A stretch of DNA of 64,000 bases. Source: a virus (taxonomy: Duplodnaviria; Caudoviricetes). The notes beneath the pieces are model-generated. The model made no database searches. It was not told where the DNA came from and saw only the letters and a list, made by a program, of their open reading frames with translations. Shown here in pieces: positions 25,610 through 36,561 of this stretch; the stretch's first letter is position 1; every line of letters starts with the position of its first letter. The position numbers and the translations under genes were made by a program. Location of the stretch: IMG/VR virus record IMGVR_UViG_3300031867_000020, positions 32,001-96,000 of that record. The stretch is one strand, 5' to 3'.

Positions 25610-28600
25610 TTGAAACATAAACCAACATTGCGCTTGGATGTATGTGACTATCATAATACTCCTCTGTGCAATTTATATGACAACGAATATGATATATCCG
25701 GTCAAGCCAAGGATGTGTTTGTAAAAACAGAGCGAAACGGATGGAAAGAATTAAGGTTTCAAATTCCTTCTGTACTTATCAGCGAAGATGGGGAGGAACC
25801 GAACTTTCGCCTTGATTACCTGATTGCGGATTATCGGCTTCGCCTGGTTGATGATAATGAGACAGACTGGTTCTTAATATCAGAACCGAAGATTACGCAC
25901 AACCAGTTTTCGAAGAAAGTTGAAGTCAGGGCAGGTCATATCTCTCAGCTCTTAAAAACAAAGAACCTGAGTCTGGAATTCTCTGATGAAGATGGGAACA
26001 ATGTGGGAACGGCTGAACAGCTTTTGACAACAATCCTCGAAGGAACAGGATGGCATGTCGGCCACGTTGATACATTCTACGAAGATGATTCGGACAAAGT
26101 TAAAGTACGATCTCTTCAGGCTGCGGCTAAAACCGGAGCATTCAAGCTTATTCAGGATATGTGTGAGCTATTCGACGCAAAGCCTGTTTTCCATGGGGAT
26201 AACAGGACTGTTGATATTATTCCTATGAATCCTTTCTCCGAAGTAAAGGAGGGAGAAATTCCAAAAGAAGTTATCAGCGGGATGCGCAATGCCGTAGAAC
26301 TGCATTATGACCGGAGTTTAAAAACAATTTCCCGAACGTTGAATACTGAAAATATAGTAACGAAGCTTCACGCGGAAGGCGCTTCTTCTGGAGACACCGA
26401 TCTCGGTTATGTGAACATGAAAACCTGCTGGCACGACGAATATCGATTCTCATTAAGCAGCAGCTACACAAGCGGACAGGAATTTGCCTTCAAAGATAAG
26501 AACGACGCAAATTATTATTTCACAATTGATGAAGATATTGAAGCTTCGGATATTCTAATTTGGTCTAAGATGGATCCTGCGTCAGCTTCGTATGTGTGGA
26601 ACGAAGGAACTCAAAGAGCTTATCATGTTTATAAAGAACCCCATAATTACAGTCAAATGATCCATCTTGAATCTACAATAGAAAGCAAACAAAACTGGTT
26701 TGAATATCTGATGGATTTTGACTACTACGAGAAAGTGGGTTTGTTAACCGAAGAGTCTTTTCAGGCATTGGCTGGGTTTCAACGGGACTGCGCTTTGTAT
26801 AAAGAGGCTGCTTATAATGCTTCTATTATCAGAGCAAAAGCCTTGAGTGAGTTCAGTGAGCTTGGTGATCCTCAAAATGGGTTCCTGAAACTGAATGTCA
26901 CAGGCTACACGTCCGATCAGGAAACTGACGCTGTTGTTTTGAATGTTGACGGCGTTCTTTATCGCAGTGACTACGACGAAGCAGAGCGCAATTATTTCCA
27001 ATGGCACGTAGCCAAGAAGCTGAAACCCAATGGCGATCCTGTTTCAGGAGCTCCTTCGGTTGTGTTTATCATTCACAACACCGATCCTGTTTCCTGGGAG
27101 ATGTGTTATCTGAAAGCTGTCGGTGATGAAAACGGTATTTATCTTGACAGTCAGAATGAGCCTGCCGACTATGATTATCAGATCACAGGCAAGCCTGAAC
27201 CTACAAGAGTTTGGTTATGGAATGCACTAAGAACAGATGGAGGCAGCATTCCTGCTTTCAGTAGTGATGACCGTTTCTATCTTCTTTGCACAAAGTCTAT
27301 ATCAGGGCAGCTTGGTTCTTATCAGGTGCAGGATGAAGCGATCACAACAAAGCATATTCAAACAGCCGTTTATGACACCATGGTCGAAAGACCTGTTTAT
27401 TATAAAAACTACTACAGTTCTGAAATACCTCCGCTGGATGTTGTCTCTGTTCAAGGTGCTTACGGATGGTATTATTCATATCATTATGACACACCGGAAT
27501 ATGGCGAGTTGTATTTCTGCGGGCCTACAGACACGGAATGGCAGCCGGTTTATGTTTCCGAAACGCAGCCTGAATTTGATATAAGCACTGATCTTGGAGC
27601 TTATTTCTTTGATACGAAAAAGAGGCTGTTGTATATCGGACTTACTGATGGTTGGACAAATCAGGACAAAGAGGAATGGCATCAGCTTGAAAACAAATTC
27701 ACAAAAGTTCTTTTGTATTCTTATCAGCGGGACAGATACTACAAAGGTATATATGAGTATTACAACTACACGCCTGATGAGGATCTGCCAGCGGGAAGAT
27801 ATGCTTTTGACAGTGGATATGATTTTTACTGGACATTTGTGACAGATCGAACTGTTGAAGCTGGGAATACTTTGTCGCTTGATACGCTAAATAACTTCGT
27901 AAAGCAGGATGAGTCTGTAGAGCATATCGTTGGAACATTCTCTCAGCCGAAAGATGTCACAACCTTCCTTTCTGAGAATGAACTTGACTTCGACAGTTTT
28001 GTCAGCGGCGGGCTGGACAGCCAGACCGGCATTGACACAGAAAGCTCTTCTACTTACAGAAGTCAATATATTGATGTGTATCCGGGAGAAACATATGAAT
28101 ACAATCTTTCGGCAAATACGCTTGTTGTCTTCTATGATTCTGCCAGATATTATCGTGACAGCATTTATGCATCAGGCTCCGGAACATTCGTTGTTCCGGA
28201 TCAAACCAACCACGACTATGAGTCTGACAGCTACAAACCTGCTGCGACAAAGATGCGGATCATGACAAGAGCGCTGACTGGTTATATCAGAGTGTCTGGT
28301 TATGAGAACAAGATGTATCTCAACAATCAGTCTGATCTGTTGTATACGATCCTGCCTGTGACTGAAACACTCGGAGAATTAAAAGGCATTAACAATCTGA
28401 CAAAGAAGTTTGCCGATCTTGCGGATCTTATTTATGGGCCTTATACGGATGCCTACAACACCGCAAATAATCTCGTTATTCAAAGTGAGAATCAGCTCGT
28501 TGAAGATCTTGGCGATATTCTAAGGGAAGGTTTCTGGCAGGAGAACAGGTATGTTGGTGGAGACGAAGACAAGCTCTACAAAGATGCTATTGAGAATCTG

Positions 28601-30340
28601 GAAAAGATCGCAAAGCCGGAAGCAACATATGATATCAGTTATCTTGATCTGTTTGGATCCAATAGGGATATGGGATACACCGTTGACGAAGACAACGATG
28701 AAATTGAATGGCCTGATATTCAGGTTGTTGATGCTGTTCATCTTGTTGACCCTGAGATAGATCTGAACATCTGGGCTTTCTTTGACACAATCGATAAATG
28801 CTACGATCAAAGAAATAAGACAACGGTTGAAATCAACACAAACTTATCTTTGATTGGTCAACACAGCTTTACAGATGTAATGTCCAAGATCGCTGAAGTA
28901 TCCAGTGAAACCAAATACAAGCAGACCATCTACGAAAGAGCTTCTGCGATCAACACAGACGGCAGTTTAAACACTGATCAATTGAAAGGCGAAATTGCCG
29001 CCAATAAAGTCATGATCAATGGTGGAGCTTCTAATTGGGAAACAACAGATCAAGGTCATATGGTGTTCTATTCTGCCGATGGTTTGTCAGCACTGATGAT
29101 CACAGGATCCGGTGTGTTTGTGTCAAGCCAGAAGGATGCCTATGGCGAATGGGTCTGGAGAACTGGTATCACCGGATATGGTTTAAATGCTGATATCATC
29201 ACAGCCGGTACAATCAAAGCAGGACTGATCGAAGCTGGAAGTATCACAACGGACAAGCTCAACTCCAATGTCGGTCAGGAACTGGAGATCAGCAGCAACA
29301 AAGCGTTGTCTTTATTCGCAACAGTAGATGGACAAAGACCATCTGGCGCACTGAAGACAACCGATGCAATGATAGAAATCAAGGCAGGCGATGGGAGCAC
29401 ACCTGCTCAGATCAACATCGGATCAGGCGGCGAGTTAAATCTGAATGCCGGAACGATGACTGTGAACTCTCAGGGCTCTCTTGATATAGCTTCGGGCGGC
29501 AAGTTCACCATTGACTCACCGAACTTCAGCGTTGATGAAAACGGGGATGTATCAATTCAAGGTGATGTCAAAGCTGAAACAGGCTCTATAGCAGGTTTCA
29601 CCATAGAAAACAGTAAGCTGTACACACAGGGCGATCAGTCTTATGTGGCAATCGACGGAAACAAAAACGATGCTTATGCCATATGGGCTGGCGATAATCA
29701 GCCTCAGGATGCCAAATTCTCCGTGAAAAAGAACGGCGAGCTTCATGCTGAGTCAGGAACCATTGCCGGATATACTATTAATGAAGATAAGCTTTCGTCC
29801 GGTTCCGGCACAACCTATGTTGCGATGGACGGAGATCAGAACAACGACTATGCGTTCTGGGCGGGAGCAGAAGCACCTGCCAATGCGCCGTTCTCTGTGA
29901 AGAAAGACGGAACAATCGTTGCGAAAAGCATCGGGTCTTTTGATGGTTCTGCGATCGATCTGACCGGCAATACAACAATCACCCTGGCTGTCAACAGCGC
30001 TGTGGATACCGCACTGGAAACTGTTGTTCCTCAAGCTGTTGAAGAAGCCATCACTGAAAGTATAGGATACAGAATGGAAATTATTTCAACATCTGATATT
30101 CTCAGCACAGAGATTAAAACAACCACTTTGTCCGCAAGAGTATGGAGCGGAAAGAACAATATGACTGATACACTACCGGCAAGCAGGTTCCAATGGACTC
30201 GTGTATCAAGTGACGCATTTGCTGATGCTATATGGAATGAAAATCATAAGGGCGTAAAGTCTATCACGCTCACAACACTCGATGTAAAGTATTCGGCCAC
30301 TTACAGCTGTGAGCTGGCAGACGAAGAAGGGGGAAACTAA
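25610..30340 (+). CDS. tail tip/Tal (prophage tail endopeptidase-family) protein with large insertion
   Basis: After Dit; 'LLTTILEGTGWHVG', 'LCELFDA', 'ENIVTKLH', 'W.WRTGITGYGLNADIITAGTI' hub motifs; duplicated C-terminal 'IAG.TI...Y.A.DG...YA.WAG...FSVKK.G'. Confidence 0.75.
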   Translation: MKHKPTLRLDVCDYHNTPLCNLYDNEYDISGQAKDVFVKTERNGWKELRFQIPSVLISEDGEEPNFRLDYLIADYRLRLVDDNETDWFLISEPKITHNQFSKKVEVRAGHISQLLKTKNLSLEFSDEDGNNVGTAEQLLTTILEGTGWHVGHVDTFYEDDSDKVKVRSLQAAAKTGAFKLIQDMCELFDAKPVFHGDNRTVDIIPMNPFSEVKEGEIPKEVISGMRNAVELHYDRSLKTISRTLNTENIVTKLHAEGASSGDTDLGYVNMKTCWHDEYRFSLSSSYTSGQEFAFKDKNDANYYFTIDEDIEASDILIWSKMDPASASYVWNEGTQRAYHVYKEPHNYSQMIHLESTIESKQNWFEYLMDFDYYEKVGLLTEESFQALAGFQRDCALYKEAAYNASIIRAKALSEFSELGDPQNGFLKLNVTGYTSDQETDAVVLNVDGVLYRSDYDEAERNYFQWHVAKKLKPNGDPVSGAPSVVFIIHNTDPVSWEMCYLKAVGDENGIYLDSQNEPADYDYQITGKPEPTRVWLWNALRTDGGSIPAFSSDDRFYLLCTKSISGQLGSYQVQDEAITTKHIQTAVYDTMVERPVYYKNYYSSEIPPLDVVSVQGAYGWYYSYHYDTPEYGELYFCGPTDTEWQPVYVSETQPEFDISTDLGAYFFDTKKRLLYIGLTDGWTNQDKEEWHQLENKFTKVLLYSYQRDRYYKGIYEYYNYTPDEDLPAGRYAFDSGYDFYWTFVTDRTVEAGNTLSLDTLNNFVKQDESVEHIVGTFSQPKDVTTFLSENELDFDSFVSGGLDSQTGIDTESSSTYRSQYIDVYPGETYEYNLSANTLVVFYDSARYYRDSIYASGSGTFVVPDQTNHDYESDSYKPAATKMRIMTRALTGYIRVSGYENKMYLNNQSDLLYTILPVTETLGELKGINNLTKKFADLADLIYGPYTDAYNTANNLVIQSENQLVEDLGDILREGFWQENRYVGGDEDKLYKDAIENLEKIAKPEATYDISYLDLFGSNRDMGYTVDEDNDEIEWPDIQVVDAVHLVDPEIDLNIWAFFDTIDKCYDQRNKTTVEINTNLSLIGQHSFTDVMSKIAEVSSETKYKQTIYERASAINTDGSLNTDQLKGEIAANKVMINGGASNWETTDQGHMVFYSADGLSALMITGSGVFVSSQKDAYGEWVWRTGITGYGLNADIITAGTIKAGLIEAGSITTDKLNSNVGQELEISSNKALSLFATVDGQRPSGALKTTDAMIEIKAGDGSTPAQINIGSGGELNLNAGTMTVNSQGSLDIASGGKFTIDSPNFSVDENGDVSIQGDVKAETGSIAGFTIENSKLYTQGDQSYVAIDGNKNDAYAIWAGDNQPQDAKFSVKKNGELHAESGTIAGYTINEDKLSSGSGTTYVAMDGDQNNDYAFWAGAEAPANAPFSVKKDGTIVAKSIGSFDGSAIDLTGNTTITLAVNSAVDTALETVVPQAVEEAITESIGYRMEIISTSDILSTEIKTTTLSARVWSGKNNMTDTLPASRFQWTRVSSDAFADAIWNENHKGVKSITLTTLDVKYSATYSCELADEEGGN

Positions 30341-30343
30341 CCA

Positions 30344-32152
30344 ATGGCCATTATTGCAACTGGATCAAAAACAATTATTGACCTTTCAGATGGCAAATCT
30401 TTGTCCTGTTATCTCGGAGCTAATCATCCGAGATATCAGATTTATGATCAGAACACTGGAACTTATAATCCTAACTGGCAGACAACCAATCTGGTTGTTA
30501 CTCCGGTGGTATATGCTAACCAGACAGCAATTCAGCTTAGTGATAGCCATTTGGCGATTACATGGAAGAGAAAAGAAGGATCTGGAACTGAAGAGAATCT
30601 TGACTCTACAACAGAAACAGTTAGCGGGAAAGCCCTGACTGTCAGTGCGAACAAGATGTCTTCTTCTGTGAGTATGTTAACGTACATTGCTCATGTTGTT
30701 TATACAGACCCTGATACAACTTTGCCGATTAACGCAACGGCTGAAATCACTTTTGCTTTTGTCACAACTGGTCAGAATGCTAAGACAGCATGGATCAGCG
30801 GCGAACAGGCTTTCAAATACGAAACAGCATCCGGCACTCCTACTCCTGCTCAGATTGAATTAACCGCTCATCTTCAGAATGTAACTATGACCAAATGGCA
30901 GTACAAAAATTCGTCCGATGACTGGACGGATTATCCTACGACTGCTGATAATCCCAGTATTACAGGTACTACGTTAATTGTTAAGCCTTCTCATACGGGG
31001 GTATTTAATGATAGCGTGGCAACTATCCGTATTGTGACGAGCGATCAGAATCTTACTGATATCATTAGTCTCTATAAAATAGTAGACGGATCTGAGGGCG
31101 TTGCTTCTTGTATTGCTTTCCTGACTAATGAGAATATCACCTTTGCTGGAAACAAGAGCGGCAAGGTTGCGGCTGTAACTAAAACATGTAATGTTGTGGC
31201 TTATCGCGGTACAACAAAAGAGACGCCAACCGTAGGAACTATAAGTGGTGAAATCGCTAATCAATTGACTGTCACTAAGGGGTCTGCATCAAACAACGAA
31301 ATCCCACTTACTATTGCAGTTACGGCGAATTCAAATCTCGGTGGTTCTGGTGAGCGAAGCGGCGTTATTTCTGTTCCTATTACCTCTCCTGTAACCACTA
31401 CTCTCCAAATTCAATGGAGCAAAGTAAATACAGGAGCGACAGGAGCTGCTGGTGCTAATGCCATTGTCTTCTCACTTTACGCTCCCAATGGCAATACATT
31501 CTTAAATCATGAAGGTAGTTTGGTTATTCAGTCTCAGGCTTATGATGGCTCTACTCCTATTACCTCTGATGCGACTTATGCGTGGTATAAATTTGAAAAT
31601 GGTAGTTGGGGTAATCCTATCTCTGGCGCTACTTCAGATTCGTATACTGTTAATGGTTCTGATGTTGCTTCTTCGGCGTCGTTTAAGTGTGTGATGACTT
31701 ATGGCGGCAATACATACTCTGATGTCATTGATTTGATTGACAAGACTGATAACTTCCAGCTTGATGTGGACAGTACAGCAGGAGATGTGTTTAAGAACAC
31801 TGTTGGCACGACTCATCTTATTGCCAGACTTTGGCAGTCTGGTGCTGAGGTTGATACTCCGAAAAGTACGGTTTATGCTACTACTGCTCCTTCTAATCCC
31901 AATGAAGGAGATTGTTATTGGTTGTATTCCACATCTTCCCCGACATGCACTCTGATGCGGTATAATGGCTCTTCTTGGGGCGATGTTACTTCTGATGCTA
32001 CTTATGGACAGAAATATACATATACATGGTATCGTAGAGATCAAAATGGAGACGCTATGGATTCCGGGAGTGCTTTTGCTACAGGTAAAGTAATTTATGT
32101 AGATGGGGATGACGTGACGAATAAAACCACCTTTGTTTGCGAGGTGGAGTAA
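30344..32152 (+). CDS. minor tail structural protein (Ig-like beta repeats)
   Basis: 602 aa, T/S-rich; 'IATGSKTIIDLSDG' start; repeated Y.W / F.C.V strands. Confidence 0.65.
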   Translation: MAIIATGSKTIIDLSDGKSLSCYLGANHPRYQIYDQNTGTYNPNWQTTNLVVTPVVYANQTAIQLSDSHLAITWKRKEGSGTEENLDSTTETVSGKALTVSANKMSSSVSMLTYIAHVVYTDPDTTLPINATAEITFAFVTTGQNAKTAWISGEQAFKYETASGTPTPAQIELTAHLQNVTMTKWQYKNSSDDWTDYPTTADNPSITGTTLIVKPSHTGVFNDSVATIRIVTSDQNLTDIISLYKIVDGSEGVASCIAFLTNENITFAGNKSGKVAAVTKTCNVVAYRGTTKETPTVGTISGEIANQLTVTKGSASNNEIPLTIAVTANSNLGGSGERSGVISVPITSPVTTTLQIQWSKVNTGATGAAGANAIVFSLYAPNGNTFLNHEGSLVIQSQAYDGSTPITSDATYAWYKFENGSWGNPISGATSDSYTVNGSDVASSASFKCVMTYGGNTYSDVIDLIDKTDNFQLDVDSTAGDVFKNTVGTTHLIARLWQSGAEVDTPKSTVYATTAPSNPNEGDCYWLYSTSSPTCTLMRYNGSSWGDVTSDATYGQKYTYTWYRRDQNGDAMDSGSAFATGKVIYVDGDDVTNKTTFVCEVE

Positions 32153-34363
32153 ATGATTGCAACAGGGCAGATTACAATAACGGATTTAAATGATGCAAAT
32201 TCGATATGGACAACAACTGTCGCACCCACAACAACGACACCGAATTATACGTTTAGGATCGCGGATTTAATTGGTGATAATAATGTTGAGCCAAAGCGCG
32301 GAGACGTTATTTTTTATAATATATACCGCTATGTGATCACCGAAGTGAATGCAACCACAGTTCAGGCCGGAAGCAGGCAGAGTCTGCGCGGCGCAACCGG
32401 TGCGGCTGGAAGCAAGTGGTATACAGGCACAGCAATCACAGGAGAAAGCACAACACCTGCAGCGTATCCAACAGGTATTGCGAGCGCAGCTGTTAACGAT
32501 ATGTATTTGAACATACAAACAAACAATACATATCAATGCACAACAGCGGGAAACGCAAGCACGGCTTTGTGGGTTTATGTTGGTAACATCGAAGGAGCTG
32601 AAGGTGTAAGCGTCAGTACGGTGAAGAGGTACTATATTCTCGCTTCTGTTAAGCCCAATCAGCCAGAGGATAATAAAGATCTTTCTTCGGCATGGACGGA
32701 TGTTGAACCTGCTTATGAGTTGCATGAAGTTCGCACATTGTATATGACAGAACAAACGACATTTTCGGACCGCACAAAGCGATATTCACCTGTTAGTATT
32801 GTGACTGCTTTTGAGGCAGCAAAAGAAGCAATGAAAATGGTTGATGAAGCTGCGATCAAAGGAAGGAACCTTCTGCTTGAAACAGAAGAAGGCCGAACAA
32901 CCATAATCACGTCAGGAGAATATGTTTATACAGTTCCAGATTATGTTACATCAGCGGTAGGCAATGCGTTGCTTCATGCTAATACAACGGATAGTTTTAC
33001 AATTTCGTTTAACTATAAGATCGGTGAAGCTACCGGAACTGATCCTACGATTGGTATATATGTTCGACAAGCCGGAGATGAAAACAAATCCTTTGTGTCT
33101 GGAAGCACGCAGACAGTCAGCTATAACACCAGTGGTACCTATGTTTATACATTCGCCTTATCTCAAAGTCAGGCTGAGTATACCGAATTTGGTTTCAGCG
33201 TAAGGTTTGGAGGATCAGCTGATACACAGGTTGAACTGTCCCACGCTAAGCTTGAAAAGGGAACGGTAGCTACAAAGTACAACTTTGCTCCTGAGGAAGG
33301 AAGCGATGTCGTTCAGTCTCGCATTGATATTACAGAAGGTGCTATTCGTGCGTATGTATCCGAAGAAATCACAAGAATCGATAATGAAGCGCAAGCAACA
33401 ACGGAAGATCTGCAATCGAAAATAAATGTTAACAAAAATGAGATCCAACAAAAAGTCTCCTTGTCCCAATACGGTGATGATCAAAATATCATCTCTGAAA
33501 AATTTACAGATGTAATAACAGATATCAATGGTGTAACGACTAAAGTTCAAGATCTTTCCGAGAAGCAGTCAAGATGGTTCAGCATGGATGCAGACGGACT
33601 TGAAATCGGTAAACGAATATACAATGAAGATACAGATGAATGGGAGTCCGGCGAATTCACAACACATCTTGACGAAACAAAGCTTGCCTTTAAACAAAAT
33701 GATGAAGAGGTTGCGTATATAAGCAATTCGTCTTTGTTAATCACGCAGGCTGTTATTAAGAATACCATGACGCTTGGTGGTTTAAGCGCAATCCTCGATG
33801 GATATGCTGTCAACTGGATCTTTGAAGATGATACGCCATTGATCAGAAGAAATTATATTGCTAAAACAGCTACGCCGACTACTGTTGCGATGTCTCGTAC
33901 ACAAAATTATAGGTATTCCAGTTATATTGCATTCAGTAATGATGGCGTCAATCCCGCGCCGCTCACTGCGCTGATGAGCAATAACACAGAGGATATCTTT
34001 ACTGTGTCTTTTGACTATAGCATCACAGGATTACCGGGAAATAATGAAAAGTTCCGACTTGCGGTGATGATGTATGAAGCTAATGTCAATACTGCAGGAT
34101 ATACCTATCCGATAGAAGGCGGCGATTGGTATCGGTTAATCGATCCCGGCGAGCTGACCTCTGTCAACGGGCGATTTGAGCTTTCCTTCCGACTGACGGC
34201 TGGAGAGGCAGCAATGACGCTGGCGAGGATCAGAGTTTATATTCGATCTCATAGTGGTGAAGTTGGTTATACTCCAATTATGACGGTGACTCACCTTAAG
34301 CTGGAGAAGAACGATAAAGCCACAACCTGGGTGAAAGCTCTTGAGGATCCGTTTGACGATTAA
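32153..34363 (+). CDS. tail fibre/spike protein with carbohydrate-binding-like modules
   Basis: 736 aa; 'GRNLL' and two 'KLEKG/N..AT' CBM-like module ends; central coiled coil. Confidence 0.65.
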   Translation: MIATGQITITDLNDANSIWTTTVAPTTTTPNYTFRIADLIGDNNVEPKRGDVIFYNIYRYVITEVNATTVQAGSRQSLRGATGAAGSKWYTGTAITGESTTPAAYPTGIASAAVNDMYLNIQTNNTYQCTTAGNASTALWVYVGNIEGAEGVSVSTVKRYYILASVKPNQPEDNKDLSSAWTDVEPAYELHEVRTLYMTEQTTFSDRTKRYSPVSIVTAFEAAKEAMKMVDEAAIKGRNLLLETEEGRTTIITSGEYVYTVPDYVTSAVGNALLHANTTDSFTISFNYKIGEATGTDPTIGIYVRQAGDENKSFVSGSTQTVSYNTSGTYVYTFALSQSQAEYTEFGFSVRFGGSADTQVELSHAKLEKGTVATKYNFAPEEGSDVVQSRIDITEGAIRAYVSEEITRIDNEAQATTEDLQSKINVNKNEIQQKVSLSQYGDDQNIISEKFTDVITDINGVTTKVQDLSEKQSRWFSMDADGLEIGKRIYNEDTDEWESGEFTTHLDETKLAFKQNDEEVAYISNSSLLITQAVIKNTMTLGGLSAILDGYAVNWIFEDDTPLIRRNYIAKTATPTTVAMSRTQNYRYSSYIAFSNDGVNPAPLTALMSNNTEDIFTVSFDYSITGLPGNNEKFRLAVMMYEANVNTAGYTYPIEGGDWYRLIDPGELTSVNGRFELSFRLTAGEAAMTLARIRVYIRSHSGEVGYTPIMTVTHLKLEKNDKATTWVKALEDPFDD

Positions 34364-34375
34364 GGAGGTGGGCGT

Positions 34376-36199
34376 ATGGCCACAACAGGAACTGTTACTT
34401 ATTCAGCAACAATTATAGGCAATCAACCAATTACGATACCTGGTTATCAGCTTTCGTTATCAAAATCAGGAAGCTTTCCATCGTCCACAGATTATACGAT
34501 CAGTACAGTGGTTGTACAGAGAAGCTTTCGGAACGCAAGCACTTATGGTTTTCAAATCTGGACAGGAGCAAACAAAACCGGCGTGCAATTATCACAGACC
34601 ATTGATGCACAGACTGGCGGAGGCAAAGCATCTACCACAAATATCAACAGCACTTATTTAAACAATATCAAAGCTCAACTAAAAAGCGGAACAGAAACTG
34701 TCTATCTATGCGCTATCAACGGTCAATCTGGTGAATTGAAGTCCGGAGAAATATTCAAGATTACAATCACATGGAAGGAGTCTGCATCTGCTGCGACGTT
34801 CGCTTGCGCGTCATCTGTTACGTGCGGCAGCAATCTGAGTTATACGTGCTCCGGAATGTCTTCTTCTTACAGTTACAGTTTGGTTATGACACTCGGCAAT
34901 GGAGAATGGACGTATACACCAACTGCTTCTGGATCTATAGCGATAGGAACTGCGCAGGCTGCGGAAATTCCAAATGCCAAAAGCGCTACTGCTACCCTCG
35001 TTCTGACTACAAAGAATGGCAGTAAAATAATTGGAACAAGCTCAAAATCTGTAAAGATTACCGTTCCAGAGGACTCACCATATCTTCCGTCTGTGAGTAG
35101 CGTAACGATAACGCCTCAAAAAACCGTAACTGTAGATAATGTAACTTACATTTTGCAGAACCATTCCTACGCAAATATAAACGTAACAGCTTCAGCTGGA
35201 TCCGGAGCTTCTGTAAAGACAATAAAAGTAGAAGGACAAAATTTGAGTGCATCTGTTTCTGGATCGTCTTTTGATAAGAATACAAAGACATTTACTGCAA
35301 ACGGTTCGTTTACTTACACAATCACAGTGACGGACTCTCGAGACAGAACGTATACTCAAACCACTTCTGCGATCAACGTAACTGAATATACAAAGCCGAC
35401 ATGCAGAAACCTGACCGCAAGAAGGTGTACTTCTGATGGAGATATTGTTGCTACAGGTACGAACGTTGTTGTTCAGGGAACTCCTGTTTTTACTGATCTT
35501 GCTTCCAATTATTTGAAAGTAAAAGTGGAAGTAAAACAGGATAACGAAACCTACGAAGAATTCTATGATGATAAGTTTGTTAGTGGATGGATTGTTAAGA
35601 ATGGCGCTTCTGCTTTTACTTTTGATGCTGGGAACCGCTATATGATAAAGTTTACTTTCTATGATAAGTTCACATCAAGCACACCCATAGAGATTGTTAT
35701 ATCTACAGCTTACGTACTGATGAGATGGGATCCGGCCAACAATGCATTCAGTTATGGCGGATATCCTACTGGCAAAAACAGAGTAGAAATTGCTGATACT
35801 TGGGGTTTATACCATGGCGGTCTTGATGTTTTTTGGACTGGAGCTCCTGCACCTGTCTTATGGACAATGGAAGTTGATAACAGCAACGTGATGTGGTCCA
35901 GCGGACAGGCATCAACAAGATACAACTTTGCCGATTGGCTCGTTATTGGCGTGATGCTTGATACCACTTTTGCTACTGGCACGCTGATGAAAACAGGCAC
36001 AAATATTTTCAAAGGTATTTGCTGGGATGTTGTCAATGGTGATGGACTAAGAGCTTTCGGCTTAGCAATTACGGTTAACACTGCAAATAAAGCGACAATA
36101 TCCGCATTCGAAAAAATGAACATCAAAGTGTCTGGCGTTACCGATTATGGCACTACACCACGCGGAATTATCAAAATTTATGGCATCAAACATATTTAA
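34376..36199 (+). CDS. minor tail/receptor-binding protein (DUF859-like)
   Basis: 607 aa; 'VTDSRDRT...Y.KP...ARRC.SDG' siphoviral motif. Confidence 0.6.
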   Translation: MATTGTVTYSATIIGNQPITIPGYQLSLSKSGSFPSSTDYTISTVVVQRSFRNASTYGFQIWTGANKTGVQLSQTIDAQTGGGKASTTNINSTYLNNIKAQLKSGTETVYLCAINGQSGELKSGEIFKITITWKESASAATFACASSVTCGSNLSYTCSGMSSSYSYSLVMTLGNGEWTYTPTASGSIAIGTAQAAEIPNAKSATATLVLTTKNGSKIIGTSSKSVKITVPEDSPYLPSVSSVTITPQKTVTVDNVTYILQNHSYANINVTASAGSGASVKTIKVEGQNLSASVSGSSFDKNTKTFTANGSFTYTITVTDSRDRTYTQTTSAINVTEYTKPTCRNLTARRCTSDGDIVATGTNVVVQGTPVFTDLASNYLKVKVEVKQDNETYEEFYDDKFVSGWIVKNGASAFTFDAGNRYMIKFTFYDKFTSSTPIEIVISTAYVLMRWDPANNAFSYGGYPTGKNRVEIADTWGLYHGGLDVFWTGAPAPVLWTMEVDNSNVMWSSGQASTRYNFADWLVIGVMLDTTFATGTLMKTGTNIFKGICWDVVNGDGLRAFGLAITVNTANKATISAFEKMNIKVSGVTDYGTTPRGIIKIYGIKHI

Positions 36200-36216
36200 G
36201 AAGGGAGGGAACTGCT

Positions 36217-36561
36217 TTGAGCCAGGATATTCCGAACCTTGGACAAGGAACAACTTCAACTATTGCAATGACTGTGGATAATTATGATCTGACACAAGCA
36301 AAGGAAATACGGGTGACTATCGATCAGAACGGAAGAAAACTGAATTTCACTGGCGATCGTGTTATGACCATTGATAACGAGGGTGGAACTATTCTTATGG
36401 TTCATTTAACTCAAAGTGAGACTTTGAGTTTGAGACCTACCCTTGCTGACGTTCAAGTTCGTTGGTTGGATATCAACAATGAAGCCTATAAAACAGAAAT
36501 TGAAACAATCAATATTAAAAAGGCGCTTTACAAAGGCGTTCTTGGGGAGGTGAGCACATGA
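36217..36561 (+). CDS. BppU-like baseplate adaptor
   Basis: 114 aa; 'QGTT.TI', 'LTQ.ETL.L', 'VQVRW' pattern. Confidence 0.5.
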   Translation: MSQDIPNLGQGTTSTIAMTVDNYDLTQAKEIRVTIDQNGRKLNFTGDRVMTIDNEGGTILMVHLTQSETLSLRPTLADVQVRWLDINNEAYKTEIETINIKKALYKGVLGEVST

